The notes under the pieces: generated by a model
Database searches by the model: none
The model's input: the letters and a program-made list of their open reading frames with translations, nothing else
What the model was told of the DNA's origin: nothing
In this document: positions 8,990-17,894 of the stretch, piece after piece
How the letters are laid out: each line of letters opens with the position of its first letter
Position numbering within the stretch: position 1 is the stretch's first letter
Program-made: the position numbers and the translations under genes
Assembly: GCA_018650165.1 (NCBI GenBank)
Contig: JABIGM010000006.1
Coordinates: 1 to 32,678 of the forward strand
DNA length: 32,678 bases
Direction: 5' to 3'
From: Methanobacteriota archaeon
Lineage (GTDB): Archaea > Thermoplasmatota > Poseidoniia > Poseidoniales > Poseidoniaceae

Positions 8990-11938
8990 ATGAAGGCAAG
9001 GGCCGGTCTGCTAGTAGTGCTTTTTTTGGCTTCAACACTACCTATTGTAAATGCAGATGAAGTTTCACCAGTCACCATTAATGTGGACTGGACTGGAGAC
9101 CATGCGTATATTGTCACTGGAGAAGTAAATCTCGCAGAGGTTAGTGTTAATCATTTACACGATGGAATTGAATTAGATGTTGGATTGATTTATGATACGA
9201 CAGGGGACGACCTTCGAATTGTTTTGAATACTTCACTTTCTCACGGAGATACAATTACAGTAAATGCGGGAAATGTATCACGTATTGTCACAGTTGGTCT
9301 TTGGGGCCAACCTTTAGCAGACCACGAAGTAACTCTTGATTCACATTGGGAAATGGACCAGCAGTGGGAAAATGAAAATGGCTCGCAGAAGTATATCCTA
9401 GAGTTTGATGGTCAAGGATGGCAGCAACGAATTGGAAATACTCTGGAATCTTGGGAAATGGGTGATGGAACTTTACTTATTCTTTCCAACACAGCAGATG
9501 GCGGAATTTCAATGCTGCTTGAACTAGATTCTGTTTGGAAAAATGAAACCACTGTAGACGGAATCATGGTAGCACAAGTCTTCGATGCACGTGGTAGCGG
9601 GACAATAGGCGTAGCAAATGATGGCGACGAAGGCAATGTCGACATCGAAGGAACTGTAAGTGATGCTTGGATTAATCGTTCAATGGTTGACGGCATCGTC
9701 GATGAAAGATTTAGATTAGAAGCGAACGGGACTATTTCAGTTCTTTCAGAAGATGAAGATGAATCGATGAATCTCTCTGGAGAACTAGCAGTATTACTCA
9801 TTGAAACATGGGATTCAAATGGAACTCGTAGATTATCGAATACACAATTTGAAGCTACTGCGGACTTAATTCTTGATACCAATGATAGTAGAATGGATAT
9901 TTCACTAGATACATTCCAATCGGTTGACCGATGGGAAGATGGGGTGAGAGTAGGCCATCTCAACAGAATGATTGGTCACGGAACCTTCGGGTTTTCGGGT
10001 GAAGATGAAAATGCGAGCGTGCAAATTAATGGTACGATTTATGATTTTCATCAAGAGCAGGAAGATGGCCTAGTTACGGTTGATGACTTACATGTTGACG
10101 GAATCATCACCGGTGATGCCCAAGGAACGTTTGGAGTTGTCAGAACTATCGAAAATAATGATCACAGTGAAGCTAATTCCACCGGCGTAATGTATGATGT
10201 AATCATTGTTCACCAGGAAGATTGGTTCAATTTAACTGGAATTACCGCATTGCCAAATTCCGATTTAGGAGTCGGAGCCCACCACAACGAATCATGGTCA
10301 TATGATGCGATTCAATCCGATTGGGACAACAGAACTATCAGAACAGTTTGGAGTCAAACTGGGCCAGACCCAAGCAGCGGAGATGAAGTCCATGCTAATT
10401 CGCCAATTCAAATAAACCCTGAAGCCCCATCTGTTGAAGAAGGAATTGGCGATGCTACAGTTAGCCGGGAATCGGGATTCTCTCCAATCGATGCAGCAAC
10501 AGGTGATACCTTTACTCTCGACCACCAAGGAGGAATGCAACTTACAGTTACAGCAGGTGAATTACAAACCATACCAATGGATGGACATATGGTTGATACG
10601 GTTGCTTGGACAGGTGTATATTCGATTGATGTAACCGGTACAGCAAATGGTAACCTGATTGTTGATGGACCATTGTCCGGTCTAAATGTTGCAATAAATA
10701 GAGCATTCCAAGTTGAATTTGGTGAAGATGAACAACTGGTTAATCTAACGGAGAGCCAATCTGTAAATCGCGTACTATCGCCTTCGATTATTTCAGTTCA
10801 TGATAATCATGAACCTAGCATTGAAGATATCGTATTAGCAAATGGAGTTGTCACTGGTGAGAATGGAGCACCTAGTTATCTTGAAGTCACAGTATCTGAT
10901 ATTGATTTCAATATCGCCAGCGTAGTTGCCGATACAGAGTCAATCGGTGGTACAGATTGGATAAATCTCAACGATAAGGGCCTGGATGGAGATCGAATCA
11001 TCGGCGATGACATATGGACTGTGAATCTATCCGTGCCAGGATTAGAATTTGGTGAACTTCCAATTAATGTCAGAGTTACAGATGTATTTGATGCAAGTGA
11101 TAATGACTCAGCTAACATTACAGTTCTGAATCAACCACCACGACTAACTTCAATTCAAATGGTGCCAACTATCATTTCTCGTGGTGAAATGATGATTGTA
11201 AATGCTGAAGTTATTGATGGACATGGTGTATCATCAGTTTCTGTCGATATGCGAGAATATGGCAGTGGGCTGTTAGAATTAGAGCGAGTAGGCGACATAT
11301 GGGCTGGACAGATAATAATTCCAACCGGAATGAGCCCCGGGGAGCACATCTTGAAGATTCGAATGGTCGATGAATTTGAATCAGCAATTACCGTTGAAAG
11401 AACCCTCGTCTCAGGCCAGCATCACATCCCATCCGAATATGATGAAGATATTTCGATTAATGTGATGAATGAACCCCCTCAAATTGATGTAGGCGAATTG
11501 AGAACAATCGAGATGGGCGGAGAGGATGTTGAATATAATTTGACAATTTCGGTAATGGATTATGATGGACTGAATTGGGTAAAGGTCAAACTGGGAATTC
11601 TTGCCCCCCCGGGCCAATCCAACACCTGGTTTGTCATGACCTCAAATGGCGATGGGACGTACACGAAACAGGTCTTAATCAAGAAGCATATTGCATTAGG
11701 AACACATGAACTTTTAGTGAAGGCTATGGATTCATATGGTTCCCAATCTTCTATGGAATCAGTTCCAATCATGTTGGAAGAGGACGAAAATCCAGCCTCA
11801 ACATCCGGCCCTTCAAGCAGCACAATGACTTATGTTGCTCTTGGAGGACTCGGTATTCTAGTGATTATTGGTGTTGTAATTTACATCATGCGGGGTTCTG
11901 ACGAAGAAGGCGGCCTTGGTGGCTTTGGCGACGTTTGA
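8990..11938 (+). CDS. Large acidic beta-rich cell-surface glycoprotein with choice-of-anchor-X-like motif and C-terminal TM anchor
   Basis: Signal peptide MKARAGLLVVLFLASTLPIVNA; LNDKGLDGDRIIGDDIWT motif; about 19 N-x-S/T sequons counted; TM YVALGGLGILVIIGVVIYIM. Confidence 0.85.
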   Translation: MKARAGLLVVLFLASTLPIVNADEVSPVTINVDWTGDHAYIVTGEVNLAEVSVNHLHDGIELDVGLIYDTTGDDLRIVLNTSLSHGDTITVNAGNVSRIVTVGLWGQPLADHEVTLDSHWEMDQQWENENGSQKYILEFDGQGWQQRIGNTLESWEMGDGTLLILSNTADGGISMLLELDSVWKNETTVDGIMVAQVFDARGSGTIGVANDGDEGNVDIEGTVSDAWINRSMVDGIVDERFRLEANGTISVLSEDEDESMNLSGELAVLLIETWDSNGTRRLSNTQFEATADLILDTNDSRMDISLDTFQSVDRWEDGVRVGHLNRMIGHGTFGFSGEDENASVQINGTIYDFHQEQEDGLVTVDDLHVDGIITGDAQGTFGVVRTIENNDHSEANSTGVMYDVIIVHQEDWFNLTGITALPNSDLGVGAHHNESWSYDAIQSDWDNRTIRTVWSQTGPDPSSGDEVHANSPIQINPEAPSVEEGIGDATVSRESGFSPIDAATGDTFTLDHQGGMQLTVTAGELQTIPMDGHMVDTVAWTGVYSIDVTGTANGNLIVDGPLSGLNVAINRAFQVEFGEDEQLVNLTESQSVNRVLSPSIISVHDNHEPSIEDIVLANGVVTGENGAPSYLEVTVSDIDFNIASVVADTESIGGTDWINLNDKGLDGDRIIGDDIWTVNLSVPGLEFGELPINVRVTDVFDASDNDSANITVLNQPPRLTSIQMVPTIISRGEMMIVNAEVIDGHGVSSVSVDMREYGSGLLELERVGDIWAGQIIIPTGMSPGEHILKIRMVDEFESAITVERTLVSGQHHIPSEYDEDISINVMNEPPQIDVGELRTIEMGGEDVEYNLTISVMDYDGLNWVKVKLGILAPPGQSNTWFVMTSNGDGTYTKQVLIKKHIALGTHELLVKAMDSYGSQSSMESVPIMLEEDENPASTSGPSSSTMTYVALGGLGILVIIGVVIYIMRGSDEEGGLGGFGDV

Positions 11939-11966
11939 AACAAGCAGTTTGTTGAATCGACAACGG

Positions 11967-11972
11967 TTTATA
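11967..11972 (+). promoter_or_regulatory. Canonical TATA box of the tRNA gene
   Basis: TTTATA begins 33 nt before the mature tRNA 5' end. Confidence 0.65.
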
Positions 11973-11999
11973 CCCCCGTCCAATCCGAAGGTTACACTT

Positions 12000-12071
12000 G
12001 CGAGAGTAGTGTAGTGGTTATCACCGAGCGTTGCCAACGCTTGAACCCGGGTTCGAGTCCCGGCTCTCGCA
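12000..12071 (+). tRNA. tRNA-Gly(GCC), no intron, CCA not encoded
   Basis: Acceptor stem GCGAGAG/CTCTCGC, anticodon arm GAGCG-TTGCCAA-CGCTT, T-loop GTTCGAGTC. Confidence 0.97.
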
Positions 12072-12287
12072 CTCTAACTATATTCAGTGGCCCATTTACG
12101 AATCAATTTTCTACCTACTGCTGAATTTGACTAATCTTTTTATGAATATATTTTAGCATAATTCTAAGAGTATTGAATCAATATTTGCCCTTGATTTCTT
12201 TACACAATAGTTGCGGGAGGATACATATGGCAGTAACATCTCCGCGATAGTTTAAATTGCATCCGATTTACTAAGGGTATTGGGACA

Positions 12288-12860
12288 ATGATGCATCGCA
12301 GAACAAAGTCCGAAGATGCCGAGGTCGGCACAAGTGCAATGATCATCTTCATTACAATCGTTTTGGCAAGTTCAATAATTTCTTCAATAATAATTGGAGT
12401 CAGTGGAAATGTATTCTCAAAATCCAAAGCCGATGCCCAGCAAAACTATCCAAGCCTTAACGGAATAGTGAATGTAGTTATTTTGGAAATACATAGTTTG
12501 GGAGCTGACGATGAACTTCACCTCGTGTTTGAACTTCCATATGTAGAAAACCCTGTTCCGGACGAGGATGTATCATGGATTTTGCTATGTGTGCCTCCTA
12601 ATCAAGGAGTAAAATCAACTGTTCAGTTCGACGAAGGTGATTTTTCCACAGCCACAACTTTGGATGGCGATGGGCTGACTGCTTTACCTTTAGTTGATTT
12701 TGAACCAGGGGTAAATTACCGAATGATTATCCAATTAGAAACTTGCAACATAGAGGAAATTGACGAAGCAAAATTAGTCGTTATTGTTGACCGAGGACGA
12801 ACTTTAGAGAAACGACTGGATATAGGTACTTCTCCTTACGAAGGTAAGGACTTAAATTGA
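12288..12860 (+). CDS. Archaellin/type IV pilin-like protein 1
   Basis: Class III signal peptide MMHRRTKSEDA|EVGTSAMIIFITIVLASSII resembles the archaellin N-terminal helix; C-terminal domain divergent. Confidence 0.75.
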   Translation: MMHRRTKSEDAEVGTSAMIIFITIVLASSIISSIIIGVSGNVFSKSKADAQQNYPSLNGIVNVVILEIHSLGADDELHLVFELPYVENPVPDEDVSWILLCVPPNQGVKSTVQFDEGDFSTATTLDGDGLTALPLVDFEPGVNYRMIIQLETCNIEEIDEAKLVVIVDRGRTLEKRLDIGTSPYEGKDLN

Positions 12861-12870
12861 GGGGATTAAC

Positions 12871-13503
12871 ATACGTAGATACAAACTAAAATCTGATGAT
12901 GAGTGTTCGGTTGGAACCGGCGCATTAATCGTTTTTATCGCGATGATTTTACTCGCCACAATCATATCATTTACACTGATTAGCATAACCGAAAAAATCT
13001 CTCAACACACCGAAAATACCGCAGAAGATGTGCGTAGGGATTATGCTAATTCTGTAATTATTACTGGGGCCTGGGTTTATGATAACCAAGATGATATGTT
13101 ATTCATGATGGAGTTTGGCGCTGCTGGAGAACCAGTGGCTCGATTAGATGTAAAATATGTCTTAACCTGCACCGAACCAGATGGCACATTCCATTATCGT
13201 TCGGCGGCTTTAGGTGACTCCCAAGGTGGCTCACCAATCTATGTATGGGAACTTGGAACAGATGGACCCGATACCCCTGGATTTACCAGTGTGGATAATT
13301 TCCAACCGGGTGGAAGATATTTCTTCACTCTTGATGGAGGAACACAAACGAGCCCCGGTGGAGCTGCAGGTGAATGTGGCCCGCCGCACCTTGATACCCA
13401 TGGAATTGATGCGAATCTCTACATCCATATTCCCAATGGGATGTCAACCCATCAAATTTTGTCTTTGTCAAATGGACGTGAAATTGGTTCTCAAATAATC
13501 TGA
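12871..13503 (+). CDS. Archaellin/type IV pilin-like protein 2, probable ATA start
   Basis: Frame is open from 12856. SD GAGGGG (12859-12864) lies 6 nt before ATA 12871, giving (M)RRYKLKSDDECSVGTGALIVFIAMILLATII. The ORF-track ATG 12943 falls in the middle of the helix. Confidence 0.7.
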   Translation: MRRYKLKSDDECSVGTGALIVFIAMILLATIISFTLISITEKISQHTENTAEDVRRDYANSVIITGAWVYDNQDDMLFMMEFGAAGEPVARLDVKYVLTCTEPDGTFHYRSAALGDSQGGSPIYVWELGTDGPDTPGFTSVDNFQPGGRYFFTLDGGTQTSPGGAAGECGPPHLDTHGIDANLYIHIPNGMSTHQILSLSNGREIGSQII

Positions 13504-13627
13504 GAAACATATCGGAATAAATCGTTTTATTTTAATTTGTAATCAACATAATCCAAATCTGGACAGGTATGAAGTTTCTCCCGGTGGGGATACTAGCGGG
13601 GTTGGATATGTGGGGGGAAGTTCTAAA

Positions 13628-13984
13628 CTAGAGATTTCTAATGTTTTCTTCAATAGTTGTAGCACAAGTCTCGAACATTTCTAGTGTACCACCTACTGGA
13701 TCATCAAGACCCCAGTCTTGGTCGATTCGAATCAAAGGACATTGTACGCCACAACCCATTGAAATTACCATATCAAAAGATTGCCAATCCATATCATCAA
13801 CTAATTTTGGATGAAGTCCATCTGTACTAATTCCCTTGGCCTCTAGGATCTTCAATGCATTGATACTAACATTATTGCCAGGGTGTGTACCGGCACTAGC
13901 AGTTTCATGACCAAGGCTTCTTGCAATACCCTCGGCCATTTGTGATCGGCAGGTGTTTCCAACACATATGAAGAGTAGACGCAT
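13628..13984 (-). CDS. arsC: LMW-PTP-fold arsenate reductase / low molecular weight phosphatase
   Basis: CVGNTCRSQMAEG P-loop, MGCGVQCP cysteine pair, DDPVG; start at ATG 13984. Confidence 0.75.
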   Translation of the reverse strand: MRLLFICVGNTCRSQMAEGIARSLGHETASAGTHPGNNVSINALKILEAKGISTDGLHPKLVDDMDWQSFDMVISMGCGVQCPLIRIDQDWGLDDPVGGTLEMFETCATTIEENIRNL

Positions 13985-14009
13985 GGCATTCCGTGGATAG
14001 AAGAGACAT

Positions 14010-14014
14010 ATGAA
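14010..14014 (-). promoter_or_regulatory. Putative TATA-position element TTCAT
   Basis: Begins 30 nt before ATG 13984, within a 53-nt divergent gap. Confidence 0.55.
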
Positions 14015-14037
14015 CCAATGGCATGTAGCATCAATAG

Positions 14038-14376
14038 ATGTGGAAACCAATTCTCGTTTATACTGTGATATATGTTGCATTATTTTCCGCACATATCGTG
14101 GCTGCTGCAAATGATTGGGAAATTATGTTTCGAATAATTGCAACAATAATCACATTACAAACAATGCTTGCTGGTTTATGTATACATTTTTTGAAAGGAG
14201 ATGTGAAGCATGCAAGACTTCCAGTAGTCGCTTTGAGTGCAGGTTTAGGTTGGGCTTATGCAGGCATGAATGAGAATTGGGAAATTGCAATATGGGTCAC
14301 CGGTGCAATTTTGTTGCAATTACTAACTGAAAAAGGGTTGAAGTATAGGGCGCTCGCCGAGTCAATCAATGGCTGA
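14038..14376 (+). CDS. Small 4-TM hypothetical membrane protein
   Basis: 112 aa, four hydrophobic segments; overlaps mrp by 8 nt. Confidence 0.75.
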   Translation: MWKPILVYTVIYVALFSAHIVAAANDWEIMFRIIATIITLQTMLAGLCIHFLKGDVKHARLPVVALSAGLGWAYAGMNENWEIAIWVTGAILLQLLTEKGLKYRALAESING

Positions 14377-15373
14377 ATCACCCGTTAAGGTCAACCTCCC
14401 CGGAGACGCTCCGGCTTCACCATCACCTGAGGACCAAAAGAAGATGGAAGCCGCTTACAATCAAATGAAACGCAAGATGGCGATTTCAGAGATGGGTAAG
14501 GCGATTAAACACAAGATTATGGTACTCTCTGGCAAGGGTGGCGTAGGTAAATCTACAGTTGCTACAGGCCTTGCACTTTCACTGGCCCAACAGGGCCTCA
14601 AAGTTGGTTTACTAGATATTGACATTACAGGCCCGAACGTTCCAAAGATGATGGGACTAGATGGACGTCGCCTAAATGTTGAAGCTGGAAGAATACATCC
14701 AGCAGAAGGGCACCTCGGAGTAAAAGTAATCTCCATGGCCTTCTTACTAGAAGATGAAGATACACCAGTAGTATGGCGTGGCCCTATCAAGTTAGGTGCA
14801 ATTCAGCAATTCATTGGCGATGTAGAATGGGGTAATTTGGATTATCTGATTATCGATTTCCCACCAGGTACATCAGATGAGCCATTGACTGTGGCCCAAA
14901 ATTTACCTGATATCGATGGAATGGTTATCGTTACAACTCCGCAAGATGTAGCTTTGATGGATTCTCGGAAATCCATAACATTTGCAAACTCATTGAAAGT
15001 AGATGTAATCGGAGTTATTGAGAATATGAGCGGCTATACAATTCGTGGCAAAGCGCCTGCTGGTGTAGAACTTGAACTAGCCGCACCAGGTGGTAAGACC
15101 ATTGCAATAACTGCAGATGGCGATGGAAATTGGTCCGGCACATTGGATATTTTCAAAGCCGGCGGTGGGGAAAAGACAGCAATCGAATTCGGAGTTCCAT
15201 TCTTAGGAAAGATCCCATTCGACCCAGGATTTGTAAGAGGCGGAGATGATGGAGTTCATCGTATTGTTTCTGAACCTGAAGGTTCTTCTTCAATTGCCTT
15301 TGGCGAAGTAGTTACCCAAATTCAAACTATAGTAGAAACCGATTCAGCAGGAAGCAGTTTAGAAATTATTTGA
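14369..15373 (+). CDS. mrp: Mrp/ApbC/NBP35-family P-loop ATPase lacking all cysteines
   Basis: GKGGVGKST, DIDITGPN, WRGP, DFPPGTSD, TTPQ and ENMS motifs; no CPxC. Confidence 0.9.
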   Translation: MAESPVKVNLPGDAPASPSPEDQKKMEAAYNQMKRKMAISEMGKAIKHKIMVLSGKGGVGKSTVATGLALSLAQQGLKVGLLDIDITGPNVPKMMGLDGRRLNVEAGRIHPAEGHLGVKVISMAFLLEDEDTPVVWRGPIKLGAIQQFIGDVEWGNLDYLIIDFPPGTSDEPLTVAQNLPDIDGMVIVTTPQDVALMDSRKSITFANSLKVDVIGVIENMSGYTIRGKAPAGVELELAAPGGKTIAITADGDGNWSGTLDIFKAGGGEKTAIEFGVPFLGKIPFDPGFVRGGDDGVHRIVSEPEGSSSIAFGEVVTQIQTIVETDSAGSSLEII

Positions 15374-15383
15374 GGGATTGCTG

Positions 15384-15731
15384 ATGGCGGTTCCAGAATT
15401 AAAACGCTTAGAAAGAAGAGATACGGATATGCATCTCACCTGGGCTGATGGCACTGAGCATGAGGTAACTTACGATGATTTACGTCATGCCTGCCCATGT
15501 GCAAATTGTGGACCACAACGTAATGACGACGAAACATCTCTGATCTTACGCCGTAGTGTAGAGGGATTGCCACGTGAGAAACCGACAGTCCGTCCGGTGG
15601 GAAACTACGCACTTGCATTTGAATGGTCAACCGGGTGCTCATCTGGAATTCATAGGTTTGAACGAATCTGGCGTATTGGCGAGAGAAAAGACCCAGATAA
15701 TGGCAAATCCTATGTCCACGGAGCATGGTGA
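15384..15731 (+). CDS. DUF971 / GBBH-like N-terminal domain protein
   Basis: WADG, LRHACPCANC, VGNYAL and SSGIH motifs; SD GAGGGA before ATG 15384. Confidence 0.85.
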   Translation: MAVPELKRLERRDTDMHLTWADGTEHEVTYDDLRHACPCANCGPQRNDDETSLILRRSVEGLPREKPTVRPVGNYALAFEWSTGCSSGIHRFERIWRIGERKDPDNGKSYVHGAW

Positions 15732-15809
15732 AACACCCTGTAAGGGTGTATTTATCTCAGTAATACACTTGTATGCAGTATTGTCACGAGATTAATTGGA
15801 GGTCTTACC

Positions 15810-17894
15810 ATGGAGGGAATATATGTCACTTGGTTGATTTCCGCTTTGACCATCGGAGTACTGCTTATGCCGGTGGTAAAGCCACCTTGGGCTAAGGTTA
15901 CTTTACATGGTTTCATTGACTTTTTACGACGATATTGGTTACATCTTGCAATCGTATTGCTAATCTACAATGCGAAAGATTTCCTCGATGAAATCGACCG
16001 TATACTGATGGCTAACACTGGAGGAATGCTCAATATGACTCCGTGGATTTATGCTATTGAAGGAGACATGGTTTTGTGGGTACAACAGACATTCATGGCA
16101 GATTGGTTGACTTCCTTCATGACCCACTACTACATTGTAGGTTTCATGGTTATCTGTTATGTTTCAATCTTCTACTTTGCATATTTCGATGACCGTTATA
16201 TTGCAGATAGAATCAGTTTGACAATCTTCTGGGTATATCTCTTAGCGATTCCATTTTATCTGTTTTTCAATGTACATGTGACAGGAAATTATATTCCCGG
16301 AATGGAAACACTTGCATACAATCATACTCCTGAGATTAATGATTGGTTCCATCGAATCGACCCTCTTACAAATGGAATGCCTAGTTTGCATATTGGGTTC
16401 CCATTTGCAGTTTGGCTATGCCTACTTCGTTTCGATACAGATGGACGATGGAAAATTTACCGTCGAATTGTATTTGGTTACGTATTATTAACAGCATTCT
16501 GTATTGTATATCTAGGAATACACTGGTTCATGGATATTATTGGTGGCATGGTTGTAGCAGCAATTGCAGTATCTCTCGCTAACAAAATGGCAGACCCTAT
16601 GTGGAAGATTTTTGACGAGAGAACTATCAATGCCCGCTTGGTTACAGTATTAACAAATCCTAGTCGTGCATTTGGAGTAATAAAGAAAAATATATCTGAA
16701 ATATATTCCAGATATTCTCGACCTACAAGTAAAGAAACCGGGGTTATGTTGACAATCGTGATGGTCCTTTTGGCAGGTGTAATTACTTGGGATCTAACTC
16801 ACCAGTCATTTCCAGCAGGAGGAGTCGATGCTCCAGTAGGAGTTGCTGCTGCGGACGGTTGGCTTGTTACCTTGGATGATAAAGGTGAAGATGCAATTGT
16901 TGTAGTCCATGATTTATCAAACCTTGAATCTGAAATTACCGTGGTCCAACCACATCTAGATCGCAATTCAACATATGATATCCGAGGGGACTTACTTTTA
17001 ATGGCCAATACGACACAGTTAGTTTTGGTTGATTTGAATAATCCAGAATCAATTGTGACAACAAAGGAAGTTGATTCTCCAACTAAACTTAGCTTCATTT
17101 CTGATGAAAAATTCGCAGTCATACAGGATGGTCAGATCACTTATTGGGAATTAGATGGTGACGAAGTGAGCGGGCCATCAGTTCCCGAAAACGATTCAAT
17201 CTTATTGTTTGAATCAAATGGTGACCAAATAGTAATGGTATTTGCCAGCGATACTGACAAAGTTCACTTTGGCTTTGTCGAAAACGATGTTTTGGCTGCT
17301 ATTGAAATAAATGCTACATCGAGTGTTACGGAAGATGAACTTCTTATAGCGGCAGGTTTGAATGTTGATATTGAAAACGCCACGATTGTGGACGTGGCTA
17401 TTTCTGATAATAAATTAGCAGTAAGTATTGACATCAATGCCACTACTAGATTGGTATTACTCGATACCACCACTGGTGACTCTTTCATTGTTTCAGATCC
17501 TAAAAACCAAGTCTTTGACCCTCACATGGGTTATGGAATCTTGATGTTTACAGCATATCAAAATCTCGATCCACTAAATTCCACAGGCAAAGATGCAGAC
17601 CGTGAAATATACATTCACACACTTGAATCCAATTTAACTACACAGCTCACTGCAGATGATTTAGACCAATGGGCACCAATGGTATTGGAAAGCCATTATG
17701 TGTATCAACAGATAGACGGAGATGGTCTAATTAGTGTTGAAGTACAAGAAAAGGACCCCAAATTACAGCCGTATGCCTCGAATATACTTCAATTCGGAGT
17801 GATACTAATAATCGCATTAGTTTTCATTAACCTAGTTCAAAGGCAATTTGAGGCGAATTCAGTCAGCCCCCATGATAGCGAACACGCTTCATGA
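15810..17894 (+). CDS. PAP2/AUR1-like membrane phosphatase or phosphotransferase fused to an extracytoplasmic beta-rich domain
   Basis: MPSLH and YLGIHWFMDIIGG motifs, multiple TM helices, a ~330-aa acidic beta-rich region and a C-terminal TM; SD GGAGGT. Confidence 0.8.
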   Translation: MEGIYVTWLISALTIGVLLMPVVKPPWAKVTLHGFIDFLRRYWLHLAIVLLIYNAKDFLDEIDRILMANTGGMLNMTPWIYAIEGDMVLWVQQTFMADWLTSFMTHYYIVGFMVICYVSIFYFAYFDDRYIADRISLTIFWVYLLAIPFYLFFNVHVTGNYIPGMETLAYNHTPEINDWFHRIDPLTNGMPSLHIGFPFAVWLCLLRFDTDGRWKIYRRIVFGYVLLTAFCIVYLGIHWFMDIIGGMVVAAIAVSLANKMADPMWKIFDERTINARLVTVLTNPSRAFGVIKKNISEIYSRYSRPTSKETGVMLTIVMVLLAGVITWDLTHQSFPAGGVDAPVGVAAADGWLVTLDDKGEDAIVVVHDLSNLESEITVVQPHLDRNSTYDIRGDLLLMANTTQLVLVDLNNPESIVTTKEVDSPTKLSFISDEKFAVIQDGQITYWELDGDEVSGPSVPENDSILLFESNGDQIVMVFASDTDKVHFGFVENDVLAAIEINATSSVTEDELLIAAGLNVDIENATIVDVAISDNKLAVSIDINATTRLVLLDTTTGDSFIVSDPKNQVFDPHMGYGILMFTAYQNLDPLNSTGKDADREIYIHTLESNLTTQLTADDLDQWAPMVLESHYVYQQIDGDGLISVEVQEKDPKLQPYASNILQFGVILIIALVFINLVQRQFEANSVSPHDSEHAS

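Noticed and set aside
12000-13627. Integrated mobile element or provirus at tRNA-Gly
   Set aside because: No integrase, and no duplicated tRNA 3' end (att repeat) found by eye; TCCCGG at 13579 is too short.
13569-13631. 20-codon ORF MKFLPVGILAGLDMWGEVLN
   Set aside because: Too short, no clear SD, and it overlaps the arsC stop.
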